A DNA stretch of 64,000 nucleotides from Octopus bimaculoides (GCF_001194135.2 NC_068990.1:65335214-65399213), one strand, 5' to 3'; counted from the first letter of the stretch, positions 12,672-25,821 are shown. The notes: generated by a model from the sequence alone, not told the origin. Made by a program: numbers and translations.

Positions 12672-13283
12672 CTGTGAATGATATAAAAACAGTGTGAAAT
12701 AAGTAAAAGAAAAAGTTTACTCATCTAAAAACTACTGAGAGAAAAACTTTATATACAAAAATTAACACATACAAAAATGTATAAACACATTTTGACTCAC
12801 AGAAATACATGCTCAAAAAGGCGATGCTCCAGCATGGCCACAGTCTAATGACTGAAACAAGTAAAAGATAAAAGATACGTCTGTTATTATCCATTGATAT
12901 GGAGAATTATTACTCATGGTATAAATGCTCCACTTGTTTTGTTTGGATAAGGGAAGTTTCTATAGTAAATTATTTGGATGTTTGAGGCTCTTTGTCTCAG
13001 AACATTTAGGGGACAACACTAGTATCAAGGACAGACTAGATAAAATATATATACAACTAGTAATTTCCATCAATTTCACTTCAAAATTTAACAATTTAAA
13101 AGTTTCCATAAATTATTTTATTGAAAAAACTTTTTATTTACCTATTCTCATTTTATATTCACTGTGAAATGTTATTGGATATATATGCATAATATTTTAT
13201 CTTCTAAATGATGAAATAAATCATTTTATTCTTTAAATTCTTTTATGTTTATTTTAACATTTCTCTTAATGAAGTATTGTTAG

Positions 13284-13670
13284 TTGTTGTGTTGTTGTGG
13301 GCACTCCGTCAGTTACGACGTCAAGGCTTCTTGTTGATCTGATCAACAGAACGGCCTGCTCGTGAAATTAACGTGCAAGTGGCTGAGCACTCCATGTGTA
13401 CCCTTAACGTAGTTCTCGGGGATATTCAGTGTGACGCAGTGTGACAAGGCTGACCCTTTGAATTACAGGCACAACAGAAACAGGAAGTAAGAGTGAGAGA
13501 AAGTTGTGGCGAAAGAGTACAGCAGAGTTCGCCACCATCCCTGCAAGAGCCTCGTGGAGCTTTAGGTGTTTTCGCTCAATAAACACTCACAACAACCGGT
13601 CTGGGAATTGAAACCGCAATCCTATGACCGCGAGTCCGCTGCCATAACCACTGGGCCATTGCGCCTCCAC
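13284..13670 (-). mobile_element. Near full-length tRNA-derived SINE with 8-bp target-site duplication
   Basis: tRNA-like head (tggcccagtggttatggcagcggactcgcggtcataggattgcggtttcaattccc), (TGT)n tail on the plus strand, TSD attgttag at 13276-13283 and 13671-13678. Confidence 0.85.
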
Positions 13671-14229
13671 ATTGTTAGCTGTATTCTGGGCACTAATATA
13701 TGCATTTAAGAAATAGCACTGAAAGTTAACATAAGAAATATAACTAAAATTACACTATACACAGTAGAAAAAATTCTCAAACATTCAAAAGAAATATAAA
13801 AAAGAGAAAAAGAGAAAACTTGCATCACTCTTATTCTATAAGTTTATATATTTACATTAAATCATCAAGTTAAAGCTCAAATTTTAATGCATAATTTTTA
13901 TATTTGCAAATTTCAAGAATAAAATAATTCCAAACCAATAACCAAACTATATCCCACATACTTCTACATGTGAAAGCTAAGAAACCCTAAATGGTTTACA
14001 AGAATGAGTGTTTCTACCTACACTAACCATTAGTGTTAGTGAGGAACTCTTTCAATTAGCTGAAATGAATGTAAAGATTCTCATTATCAATAAGTGCAAG
14101 GAAGCTGTAAGGAAATTAAGCTTATACATTCTGAGGGCAAAAAGATGCTCTTGAGCAACACACAAGCTGCAGAGTCTTGATCCTTGTCAATTGTAGTCAC
14201 GCACGTATCAAAAGTATCTTTTTCTTTTT

Positions 14230-14450
14230 ATTTTGCAAGATGCTTGATAACCCTGTTGGTGCTGGTGCCACGTAAAATGTACTCAGTACACTCTGTAAAA
14301 TGGTTGATGCTAAGGAAGGGCATCCAGCAATAGAAAAGCATGCCAAAACAGACAATGGAGCATTTTACTACTCCTGGCCTTGCCATCTCCAGTCAAATTG
14401 TCTAACCCATGCCAGCAAATGTTAAATGATAAGGATAACGATGATTACGG

Positions 14451-14487
<37 letters not shown>
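14230..14487 (+). mobile_element. RTE LINE 3' end with (GAT)n tail
   Basis: aggaagggcatccagc...ccatgccagc...(gat)n, the reverse of the 1411 and 10046 motif. Confidence 0.65.
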
Positions 14488-16199
14488 ATTTGTCACTCTT
14501 CAAACTCAGTAACTCTGTAAGGATTCATTTTACAAAGAAATTTCAACATATTTTACTGCTATCTTTGAATCCATCGTCACACCCATAACTAAACTTTGAA
14601 TGAACTTCTCTTTTGTAGCCTGTCCTTTTCATCACATGCTCATAATCATCAAACCTAACAATTTTTCAGCAAACTTCTTGAGCTCACTATAAAAAATTTC
14701 TAGCACTTTCCCTTTCCATGATACAACTTTATATGTCTCAAACAAAATTAACTGAAATGAACTTTTTACTCTGCACATTGCAGCAACCTCTTATACAATT
14801 TTGAATCTCTTTACCACTTCACTAATAACATATCATTTCTATAAAACAATTCCTATGTAAAATCTTTCTTGTTATGTCACATAGTGGAGGATTTTTGTAC
14901 TTATGAACTTTGATAAAGAAAAATGTTATCGAAGCCTTAGATTATGAATCTTCTATCAAATCTTCTCGCTTATGTGCTCCATCTATTACTGGGTGAGTTA
15001 GATAAGAAGCTCCATTACAACATATATTTATGAAAATGCTTTCTTATTAAATAACATATATTTTAGAACTTAGGCAACCACATTCTTCTTTTCCACATTT
15101 CATTGCTGTCTATAAACATTGTCACTGCTATACAGATGCCGTTACTGTATACATCCATTTCATTTTATATACTTATGTTTGCCTACAGCAATAACTCTCA
15201 CTCTTGTATTCCCCATTAACTGAGTTAGTCTTAGTTTATTTTAAAATCATCAAAATGCAGCCACTACACACACTAAGGAAACAGACAATTTAAATGAATA
15301 AAATCCTAACAAATTTTAGACTTAAGAATATCTGAAGATCTTTTGCAGAGACCTAATGTGTCAAAACTTCATCAAATAGGCTAAGTTTCCGATTCAACAC
15401 TTTAGTTCTGAACAGCTGCAAATCAATTGCCCTAAAATAGGAAAGAAGCTAAGCTAGGCAAGGTTTGTGTTATGAATTGTAGATCACTTAAAAAAAAAAT
15501 ATGAAAAGCGACTACACAAATGATTATGCAAATTATAATAGATGTAAATATTGCAAGAAGAATAGAGAAGCCTTGATCCTAAATTTCAAAATACTGATGC
15601 AAAATGATGAGTAGATAAATAAAAAAAAAAAAGGATTACAGATAAGATACCAGATGAGAAATAAGCCTACTTCTCATTTCCATTTTTCTTGGAACTTACT
15701 TCTTTGTTTGGGTGATAACCATTTTAACTTTAAAAAGTTTTGATTTATATCTCTTATATTAGGAAACATTGAAATGTGTCAGAGAAAACAAAATATTCAG
15801 ATGACTGATATGCAAAGTTGATATCTTCAAGTTGTTTTGAAAGCTTAGTGTGGACTTTTCCCTTCTGTGCTATTGGGACATAATCTTAACTGAGCATTGT
15901 CATCTATACAGAAAAAATAAGAGAAACTTCTGAATAAAGTTTTTTTTAGCATAGTGGGGATGTGCTGGATGTGAAGGGAGACAGGAGGTGATTTGCTTGA
16001 AGTGATGTGGGTGATGTGCTGGAAGGGAGGGAGGAAATAACAATATAATGAAGCGGAGAATTTGAACAATCTCTTTTTTGACCAACGTCTAGCAAGAACA
16101 AATGTGCAGAAGTTCTAGTAGATTTTGGTCAGGTTTGGGTTAATGAGTGCCCCAAGGTCAGACAATGAGTTCCAGTTGGAATTTTAAGTAGTTTTCCTT

Positions 16200-18350
16200 T
16201 TAAAGTGATTTTGCCAGCTCAGGATAAGATTCTTTTACTCCATCCTTTGTAGTACAAGCTATTTCGGCACCTTTTGTACTGACAACGTTCAACATAGCCA
16301 CAAAGATAAGGATTGATAGCGATGTTCTCAGACTTTTTTTTGGAGAAGGTTGTGACATGGCTTGGATTAAGAAAGTAAGGCTTGTTGCAAAGTTACTGGG
16401 CATACAGGAATGACCAGTTTTATGCTAGTCTACCTAGAGGAAAGTACACTGAACTTATATCTGGAAAAGGACAAGGCAGACCAACTAAAGGTTGGGAAAA
16501 ACTGAAGAATGACTGAAAGAAACATATACAAAGGGTGTGTGTAAAGCATACAGAAAGCTGGGGAGTGTGAAATGGACAGAATAACAGGTGGATGATTATG
16601 TGAGCAAAATCAGTAGACTGGCTGGACTAAATGGGTTTTCTGGTGGAGTGATGGAGAAACTCGTGAAGCTGGCATTTGAGATTGGTTTTTCTGATCATAT
16701 CTCAATGAGACTGCAGCAACTGCTGAACACTGACATAACAACACTGAGTGATTTGGTGGAGAGAACGAAGCTATGAACACATACAACAGTCTGGTCACAT
16801 AGCAATCTATGGCAATCAGGGAAACAGAGGAAGGAAGTGGAGCTGCTGTACCACTAGCTGTCTTGTTGGTTAAAAGGAGGCACTCCCCATTCCCTGATAG
16901 TAATAAGGGTTCTAGTGAGGGGAAGGCAAGCAAAAACTCTTGTGAATAGAGGCTGCACAACAACCCTGATAACTATGAAGATGATTAAGAACTGGAGTGG
17001 AATAACTAGCTTAAGGGAAGTAGATGAGAAGAAGGTTAGGTTTAGCAGCATAAGTGTAGTGGAGATAGTGGTATAGGTAACACTAACAAAGATTCAGGTG
17101 ATTGTCATTGTTGATGCCACTGTAGGGATGGATGTGGTTGACTAGATGGGTGGTGTCATGGTCAGCAAGATGGGGATAGAGTTTAAGATCCTGTGCACTT
17201 TGTGTCATGAACATGCAGTAGAGGAAGATGGCCATGGGATCAACAAGTTGAACTCTGAGGAAGGGAACGCTATAGACAGAATTGAAGATGTGTTTGGCAG
17301 TGAGTGATAGACAACAGAGTACTTCTGGAAGGAAGAACAAGTGGCATTGAGATACAAGGTGAGCTACTACATCATATCTGGAAAAGAGAAGCCAGGAATG
17401 AATTTGAGAGAGAGAGAGGTGAACAGCATGATTGAGGTGGGGTATCTTAATATGTTAGTAAGAGGAGGTGAAGAGTGGCATGTTGTCAATGATGACAATG
17501 GTTCAGTCATCAAAAAGGAAAAAAACAAAATAAAAAGAAGTCTGGCCAGTGCTAGATTTTCAGGAAATGAATAGGCATGTATTATATATAGGTGGTGAAG
17601 CCACAGATGTCATTGGAGAAACCTTGTAGGAGTGGAAGCAAATGACCAGGGTTTCCATGGCTGAGAAACTGCAGAGGTTGAAGCTGAAGAATTCACTAAC
17701 ATGGGTAGCTGTTATATGTCAGCTGAAGGATCCAGAGCTGGGAAGGTGGCACAATATGCATTATATGGAAGTGAACAGGATTCTGTTTTTGAGCAGAAAA
17801 GTTGTCAATAGGGAGAGTATCTGGAAGGTGGTTGGGAACTGTGACAGGTGTTAGTCCATTGACCCTACATTGAGTGTGCATGAAATTGGGAAGCCTCAGG
17901 TGGAAGAAGACCGAAAGAGGCTGACAATTTATGTGATGTACTACCAAAGATCGTTCCTCCCAATGATTGACTGGAGGCAGTGACACAGAGAGAAATCTGA
18001 ATGGGGACTGTGGATGAAATTGCAAGAGTGCTGGATGTGATATTCTTGGAAAGGGGGCTAGTGTATGAGCTGTTGACAGATAACAGAACAGTATTTTGGT
18101 TGGGACTGCTGAAGGAAATGCTCAATAGGTGGAACATCAGACACTTCTTTACAGCTGCATATAGACCAAGTGGACATGCAATAGTGGCAAAACATTACAC
18201 ACTGAAGGCCATGACTGAGGATGGGCGAATCTCTCCCATTGAGGCACTCTTTTTATACATCATATAGCCAAAAGCAGGACAAGATGAGGAGTGTTCAAGT
18301 ATGAATAGATAAACCTGAGCATGGTACTACAGTGTTTTGAGGAAGAGGAA
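16200..18350 (+). mobile_element. Decayed Ty3/gypsy LTR retrotransposon internal region (gag, protease, integrase; RT/RNase H largely deleted)
   Basis: gag-like DDYVSKISRLAGLNGF..VKLAF..GFSDHIS..LQQL (16588). Integrase-like ELLTDN..WNIRHFFTAAYRPSGHAIV..GRISPIEA (18001-18267). Many stops; no LTR pair found. Confidence 0.7.
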
Positions 18351-19329
18351 CGACCTGGATCAGTTCAGATTGGGGATGTTCTATACTGAAACAATTCTTG
18401 ATTTCTCAGTTATTTTCTGTTCCCTGGAAACATCATTATTATATGTAATTCAAAAATATATTCAAAATGACCTTCATATATGATGAACCATCAATGTGCA
18501 GTTATTATCAAAATTTCTAGGGGCCTGTGGTTAGTGTGGCGAGTAAAATTCTTAAGCAAGAGATCACAAAATATAATGACAATTCCATTGGTTACAGTTT
18601 CAACCTTAATCGTTATATGAAAGATCTAAACTATATACAGCTGACTATGCTGGAATTCACAAAAGAATATTTCTGGGCATAGACAATTAAAAAGGAATTT
18701 TCTTACAGAAAAAAACCCCAGCTTTAAAATAGGCTTGCTTGCAAGAATATGTTCTAATTTCTGAAAGTTGAAGTAGTAAAACTACTTTATTTTAGCTTAA
18801 ATATGAGTCTTCATTCAGAAAGAAGGGGGATTAAACAGTAGAAGATGGTGGGGAGAGAGTAATGATTGTACACCACAGAACAAATGGCATGTTCAGCCAT
18901 GCCTCATGGACATGATCACAATGGCATTGCCACAGAAAATGGCCAGCAGCACTCACTGCAGCAGTCATCCCATGTTATAGAGCGTATTCTCAAATAGGCC
19001 ACAGTTATCCTGCAGTTTTGTCTATTGCACTTTGAAATGTTAGTGGTATTATGCATTTTTACATTCTAAGTTCAAATCCTTCTAGAGCCAACTTTCACCC
19101 TTCTTAGGTCAATAAAATTAAGTATGAATCAAGTATTGGATTTATATAATCAACTGAAATTTTAGCCATGTAATTATTCTTCCACAATTTCTTTCTTTAG
19201 TTTTGTTTCTCCATGGTAGCTTGATTTGGCTGGTTTTATAACTTCAGATTTTGATTTTTTTATATTTTTTATTTTTCTAAAACTATTGTTTTGTTCCTTA
19301 CTTTTTTGAATATGGTATTTAATACAAGT

Positions 19330-19570
19330 GTGGAGGTGCATGGTTTAGTGGTTAGAGTGTCAGCATCATGATCGTAAGATTGTGGTTTCGATTCCTGGAC
19401 TGGGCTACGCATTGTGTTCTTGAGTAAAACACTTCATTTCACATTGCTCCAGTTCACTCAGTTGGCAAAAATGAGTAACAGTGTGATGGACTGGCGTTCC
19501 GTCCAGCTGGGGAACACATACGCCATTGAAACCGCGAAACCGGGCCTATGAACCTGGCTAGGCTTTAAAA
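19330..19570 (+). mobile_element. tRNA-derived SINE
   Basis: ggtttagtggttagagtg...ggtttcgattcctggactggg head and core cacttcatttcacattgctccagttcactcag. Confidence 0.75.
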
Positions 19571-19780
19571 GGATGCAATTATTTATTTTGTTATTTAATA
19601 CAAGTATTTACTAACTAATTGTTACTACATAATGAGTTGAGGTGTTATTTATCAATGAGTTGCCTGACAAAAATATAGTGAAGAGTTTCAAAGCATATAT
19701 TCTTTAAAGTGTATAATCATTAAAAAGCATATCCCAGTAACTGTAACGAAGAAGCAAGTGTGAAAGCCAAGCATTAAATT

Positions 19781-20198
19781 CAGTGCTGGACTAACTATTA
19801 AGTAAAATAAAACGTGCTTAGGGCATCAAGGGAAGAGGGAGAGTACCACAGAAATGTTAAATAGTTTACAGCAGGGGTTTTCAAACTTTTTGACTTGCGG
19901 ACCCCTTTATATTTCAGGCTTTACCCTTATAAACGCTTATGAAATTTATACATAAATATTTGCTTAAAATAAGATATATTTTTACATTTGTTTATTTAAC
20001 AAATAGGTTTATTGTCAATTAAAAGATTTCGATTAAAAACCATATATAAAATCAAATTGCCCATAAAAAGTATTTGCTGTTCACGGACCCCCTGTCTTTT
20101 CCTTGCTGACCCCGTGCGGTCTGCGGACCACAGTTTGAAAACCACTGGTTTACAGTACAAAAGAGATTACTTTAAACTTGCTAAAATAATATTTAAAG
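19781..20198 (+). mobile_element. hAT-type MITE (same family as 56132-56539), interrupted by a second MITE and cut by an N gap
   Basis: cagtgctgga...cgtgcttagggcatcaagggaag...aaatagtttacag / tacaaaagagattactttaaacttgctaaaataatattt is colinear with 56132-56270. Confidence 0.8.
19872..20147. mobile_element. hAT (Charlie-like) MITE with 8-bp TSD
   Basis: TIRs cagggg..ttttcaaact / agtttgaaaaccactg, TSD gtttacag at 19864-19871 and 20148-20155. Confidence 0.88.
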
Positions 20199-20515
20199 NN
20201 NNNNNNNNNNNNNNNNNNNNNNNNNNNNNNNNNNNNNNNNNNNNNNNNNNNNNNNNNNNNNNNNNNNNNNNNNNNNNNNNNNNNNNNNNNNNNNNNNNNN
20301 NNNNNNNNNNNNNNNNNNNNNNNNNNNNNNNNNNNNNNNNNNNNNNNNNNNNNNNNNNNNNNNNNNNNNNNNNNNNNNNNNNNNNNNNNNNNNNNNNNNN
20401 NNNNNNNNNNNNNNNNNNNNNNNNNNNNNNNNNNNNNNNNNNNNNNNNNNNNNNNNNNNNNNNNNNNNNNNNNNNNNNNNNNNNNNNNNNAAAATACTTG
20501 AATCACAATACTTAC

Positions 20516-20632
20516 ATCAATAATTTTTACTTGAGAGTCAGATGTAAGCTCAATGCTTGCTGAAAATGTTGGTGGTAGATCTGGAAGGCTCATGTTACTC
20601 TTTCTACCTGGGCATACAATTCCTTTTGGTGA
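20516..20632 (-). CDS. Coding exon 6: SPKGIVCPGRKSNMSLPDLPPTFSASIELTSDSQVKIID
   Basis: Acceptor tttcattatatttcag|, donor GAT|gtaagt, 117 nt, phase 0/0. It spans the domain 1/domain 2 junction. Confidence 0.9.
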
Positions 20633-20731
20633 CTGAAATATAATGAAAAATTTCAAATCAATTTCTGAATTATTCTTTAAATTCATATTCTAATGTATTT
20701 TTGAATTTATTATAATGTGTATTAACGTCTT

Positions 20732-21263
20732 TTTGCCAATGCAAAGTGGCAGTCCTGCTTAGGACGATGTTACTACTGTTTAGTCCCAGGAAAACATCTT
20801 TTCCAGTTGGCTACCAACACATCATCTTTACGTTGGTAAATAGACTTTACTATGCAGTACTGTTACTACATATTTCTCACTCAAAGATTTAAAACTAGTT
20901 GTTTTTCTCTTTACGAGGTCAGTGACTGTGTGTCACTTTCAAAGTATATATTGTGAGTGAGGTCAAGTGGCTGCTATCCCTAGTCAGCGATTGTCCTGTC
21001 CTGAGGAAGGAAAATAACCCAGGAGCCATTGGTCTACAGATAACACTAAGGCTGGAGGGGCAACATTAGCTCCCTTGCTCACAGTATATGGACACAGATG
21101 ATGTGTCAGTAGCCAGCTGGAAAATATGTTTTCCTGGGGTTAAACAGTAGTAACATCGTCCTAAGCAGGACTGCTATTTTACGTTGGCAAATAGACTTTA
21201 CTATACAGTACTTTTACTACATATTTCTCACTCAGAGATTTAAAACTAGTTGTTTTTCTCTTT
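20732..21263. mobile_element. Short copy of the inverted-terminus element seen at 6663-9090
   Basis: 20732-20826 is inverted to ~21095-21192. An 85-bp direct repeat lies at 20828-20912 and 21179-21263. The termini are homologous to 6663-6799 and 9002-9090. Confidence 0.7.
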
Positions 21264-21689
21264 ATAATGTATATATATTATAATAATTCCGCTTGTCATT
21301 GTGTTATTTAGCCCATCAGTAATGCATTCATATGATTAGAGAAAAAGAGGGAGAAAGGAAAGAGGGAGAGAAGAAAAGAGAAAGGGAGAAAGAGGGGGAG
21401 AGAGAAGCGTCTATGATGTGAGGTAGAGGGAATGTAATTGTAACACTTTCATGTGATTAGATGAAGAGAAAGAGAGGAAAAAGAAAAAGGAGAGAGAAAA
21501 AGAGGCTAAGGCAAAGAGTGAGACAGAAAAAGAGAGAAAGCGAGAGAAGGAAAGAGAAGCGTCCATGATGTGAGGTAGGGGGAACATAATATTTATTACA
21601 AGGTTAAAAAAGTTAGTTGAAGGTAGAGGAAGAGAGTTAAAAATATAATTTTAGTGGAGGGGGTGATCTGATGATGAGGTTAAAGAAAG

Positions 21690-21765
21690 GCAGAGAGAGA
21701 GGGGGCAGAGAGAAAGAAAGAGAGAGGAGGGAGAGAGAGGGGGAGAGAGAGATAGAGAGAGAGAA

Positions 21766-21835
<70 letters not shown>
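21690..21835 (+). repeat. (GA)n microsatellite / GA-rich tract
   Basis: Direct inspection. Confidence 0.95.
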
Positions 21836-21840
<5 letters not shown>

Positions 21841-22789
21841 GGTGGTGGTGGTAGTGATTGGATAGTAAAAAGTGTATTTCTTTTTAATTGAACTCAGTTT
21901 TTTATATCACCTATCACTTTTAACACATGCATATGAGTGCAATTCCGTGAAATATTCAAGCTTATTTACGTGGCAGATGTATGCAATTTAGCTAAAGGTT
22001 AAACCATATTTATAGGATATTTTTTCTTTTGCGTATGGGGAAAATGGAAAAGTAAGAGTGAATATTTATTTTATGAGTGCTGTGTATTAAGTCTATAAAA
22101 TTGTGCATAAAGTATATAAAGTGTATATGTAAAATGCATTAAGTAATCATTGTATTCCAATTTCTTTCACTTTTCAATGAGTAGCAGATGAGCAACTATC
22201 TTTCCATACAGACACAACATAGGCTACACTTTCAGGTTTTTTGGATAAAGTTTCCAGAAATAACCCAATAGGTTTACTACTAGTTCCATGAAATATTCAT
22301 AGGTCCTGCTAGTCTATAATTATATATATTTTTTAAGGAATTAAAATCGTCAATTTTGAAGTTAGATATCAGAATCTAGGGAAATTTGTGATGGTTTGTA
22401 TCTACAAATAATTCAAACATTGAAATGAATTTTATGCCTTGGTGAAAAAGGAAAGCCAAACATTTCAGACAGCACTCTTCATCAATGGTAGAGGTTAAAT
22501 GTTTAACTGTGCTGTAGCAAAAATAGAGTAAAGTATAATAATGTTAAAGAGTAAGATAGAAGAGGAAGTTAAGAGAGGACTTTGAGAGGTAATAAGTTAG
22601 TGAAGCCAAACAAATGGTCAAATTGAAGAGAAAATAAAGAGTCCAAGTAGACTTGAAAAATGTTGAGAGGAATCACTATGCACACACACCTGTACATATA
22701 CACATACATATGCATCTAAATACAATGTGTCAGCTGTATAGATCCATGCTTCACACCCATACAGGAGAGTGGAAACATAGACTGTTTGG

Positions 22790-23105
22790 TAGGTAAAAGC
22801 CTTGGGATGAAGTTAGAGATGGTTATTGGGAAAAATATTTTCCAAAGGCTGCAGAATCTCCTCATCCAGAGTGCAATCATTGGAATTATGCTTTTGAGGT
22901 ATTTGAATCAAAAAGGCATTGTTAGTTGTTGCTTTTGTGCTGAGGTTGAGAAAGAGAGTAGACAGATGACTTGAGTTTTCTGGACATTAATTGTTGGTCC
23001 ATTTCTTTTATAAGCTGTAACAACTGCTGAGAGAGTGGTTTGTAGAGCTTCCAGAATGTGATCCACCAGAATATGGTCATTACCACAAAGCAGTTCAATG
23101 ATCAA
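22790..23105 (-). mobile_element. Degenerate LINE RT fragment
   Basis: ELLCGNDHILVDHILEALQTTLSAVVTAYKRNGPTINVQKTQV resembles the ELLYADD..LQ..L..GL.IN..KT region of RTE-type RT. Confidence 0.5.
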
Positions 23106-23319
23106 TTCATACCTGACCTTAGTGGTGGCAGGCAGCCCTCAGTTGTTAAAAACACTCACATTGAATTGAATGTTCGTAGTAACTCCCTGATGTATATAAC
23201 GCATATATTGAAAGTATCAAACAGAGCAGAAGTTGGGATGAAATCTTGTCTGGTTCCTGTTTTTACACTGAAGCTCTTAGATTTCAGACTGCTAATTACA
23301 ACTTAGGCCCTTATATGAA

Positions 23320-24470
23320 ACTGGTATGAGGGATTTGTGAAAACGGGTAAGTGCTAAATGTAGAGAATGCATGGGAGAAGGAGAGGGCTATCCAAATTGA
23401 CAGTAGCTTAATAGATAAAACAATTAAGGATATGAAAACAGGAAAAGCCCCTAGCTTATCAGGGATCACTGCTGAGATGCTCAAAAACATCTGGTAGGGT
23501 GGATATGGCCTAGTCACTCATATAGCTAACAAAGTAGTCTATGAGGGAATCATAGCAAACAACTGGTGTAGCAGCATTATAGTTAAATGCTACAAAGGTA
23601 AATTTGACACCTTAGACAGGAATAATTACAGAGGTAACAAATTGCTGGATCAGGTGATTAAAATTACAGAGAGGGTCATAGCTCAACTAATTAGGAAGAG
23701 AGTTAGCCTTGATGAGATGCAGTTTGGTTTTGTGCCAGGGAGAAGCACTACTGATGCTATCTTCCTGGTGAGATAACTGCAGAAGTACTTAGCCAAACAT
23801 AAACCTTAGTATTTGGCTTTTATTGATATGGAGAAAGCTTTTGACAGGGTTCCCCACTCCCTTATCTGGTGGACAGTGCAGAAGCTAGGGATAGATGAAT
23901 AGTTGGTGAGAGCTGTACAAGCCATGTACAGGGATGCTGTCAGTAAAGTGGAAGTCGGCAATGAATATAGCCATGAATTTAGTGTGCTGGTAAGAGATCA
24001 TCAATGATAGATTCTCAGCTCTCTTTTGTTTATCATAGTCTGTAGTCCTTCACGCTATAACAGAGGAATTTAAGATATACTTCTTTTTGATGACCTTGTT
24101 CTTAAAGCTGAATCACTACCTGAACTAAAGAAGAAATTTCAGGTGTGGAAGCAAGGTCTGGAATCAAATGGCTTTAGGGTTAATTTAGCAAAAGTCCTAA
24201 GTCCTAGTACACAAATCACTGATCCATTTAGAAAGATGTTCATGCTTGATTTGTAGAAAAGGTGTTGGTAGAAACTTTATACGAGGTACCCAGTGCAAGT
24301 TATGGACAGATAAGAGATGCAGCAGTATCATAGGAAAGTTAACAGAGAAAGTAGTCTTTGTATGTGACAGATGATGTGCAGGTGCATTAAACACTAGACT
24401 GAAATTTGTGAGAAAGTTTTCATGTTGTGCAATACATGAAAACAGCATTTGTTCTCCTTAGTATTGTTGT
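23320..24470 (+). mobile_element. RTE-clade LINE reverse-transcriptase fragment (pseudogenised)
   Basis: KAPSLSGITAEMLK, NYRG.KLLDQV.K..ER, MQFGFVPGRSTTDAIF, LAFIDMEKAFDRVP are readable across stops. Confidence 0.88.
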
Positions 24471-24799
24471 GTGTGAAAGCATCTCAGCTGAGTATTGTGT
24501 GCATTGTGGCTGTATACGCTGTACAGATACAACACAGCTGTTAGTGAAATATTTGAGAGCATAAGAGTAATGAAGTTTGTGTGTTAAATGTAGATGCACT
24601 GAAGTTTTGGGACAGAAGTTGTTGGGCAGTAAAATGATGCCTTGATTAAGCAATGATCAGATGACTGATTGGTGAAAGTAATGATGATGTAGGATAAAGA
24701 AATATAAACACTCGGTTTAAATTACTGATGTGCCTACAATGTTTATTTTCAACTAAAGTTAACTATGAAATATACCCAAATATATATTTGGGTATATTT

Positions 24800-24894
24800 A
24801 ATTAATCCATAAATTAATTAAATAAATTAATTAAATTAATCCATAAATTAATTAAATAAATTAAATTAATCCATAAATTAATTAAATAAATTAA
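24800..24894 (+). repeat. AT-only minisatellite, ~3 x aattaatccataaattaattaaataaatt
   Basis: Direct inspection. Confidence 0.85.
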
Positions 24895-25672
24895 CTTCAC
24901 TAGATACATTAAAACAGTGATAGATAGCTGTCATGTTTACTCTACAACCTCACTATGCACAATAAAAGCGGAATTGATTTGATGCTGCTGTTTCTAGTTT
25001 ATTAACCTTTGACAATCAAATACCCAACATTTTACGCCCACTGTGAAATTGTACTTGAAGCTACTGTTATAAGGTTTAAATTAAGCAAGCTAATTTGAAT
25101 ATTACATAAACTTTCAACTGTTAGTTCTGTTACATTTTTGTTATGGATGTGGTAATAGTTTTTATTTTTCATATTAAAATTACACATGGGGTATACCCAA
25201 AACTTTTAGCAATTACTACATTCACAAATTAATTTTTAAAATGATTAGATGTACCTGATATACAATTTAGTCTGTTTGATTTAGTTATAAGTGTAACAGC
25301 AGATACTTCAATTATGCAATTATGCAGAGGTTACTGATGAAGTTTAATAAACTAGAAACAGTATTATTCAGTCAATCTCTCTTTTACTCTTTATGGTAAG
25401 GCTGTATAGTAAATATGACCATCATCTATGACTGTCTCATGTATCCAGTGAATTTAATTTATTTACAAATGCAGTGATAGCTAAAATATCCCAGAGTGAG
25501 CTTTGGTACTGGGTTTCAAGAAGAGTGCTTGGAGAATCAGTAACTTGTTTATATGTATATATTAGTAGAAAGGAAGATGTCCAGCTGGGTAACGATCATA
25601 TTGTTACTACTAACATTGATAATTAAGAGATATGTCCCAGAAATCATATTAAAATATTTTTGAAATACTTAC

Positions 25673-25821
25673 CTCAAAAACAGTCTCTGAATTGTCTTGA
25701 ATACTTTTAAAAAAAGAATGATATTCATAGGTATGGTTCAGGCCTTGTTTTACACCTGTTTGTTCCAAGGTAAAACGAATGGGACTTCCAGCAACACCTC
25801 CAATATTTATCCATTCATTTG
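25673..25821 (-). CDS. Coding exon 5: (A)NEWINIGGVAGSPIRFTLEQTGVKQGLNHTYEYHSFFKSIQDNSETVFE
   Basis: Acceptor ctttatttttcag|, donor GAG|gtaagt, 149 nt, phase 1/0. Confidence 0.9.

Noticed and set aside
13600-13670. tRNA genes at the A/B-box-containing sequences (also 6302, 19330, 37495, 54945)
   Set aside because: No cloverleaf could be closed, and all continue into SINE bodies or tails, so they are SINE heads.
15699-15727. 28-nt AG...GT segment with a gtaagt donor in intron 6
   Set aside because: It is not frame-preserving in a phase-0 intron and is not needed for the model.
15700-18500. Paired LTRs for the gypsy remnant
   Set aside because: No matching direct repeats were found on both sides by eye.
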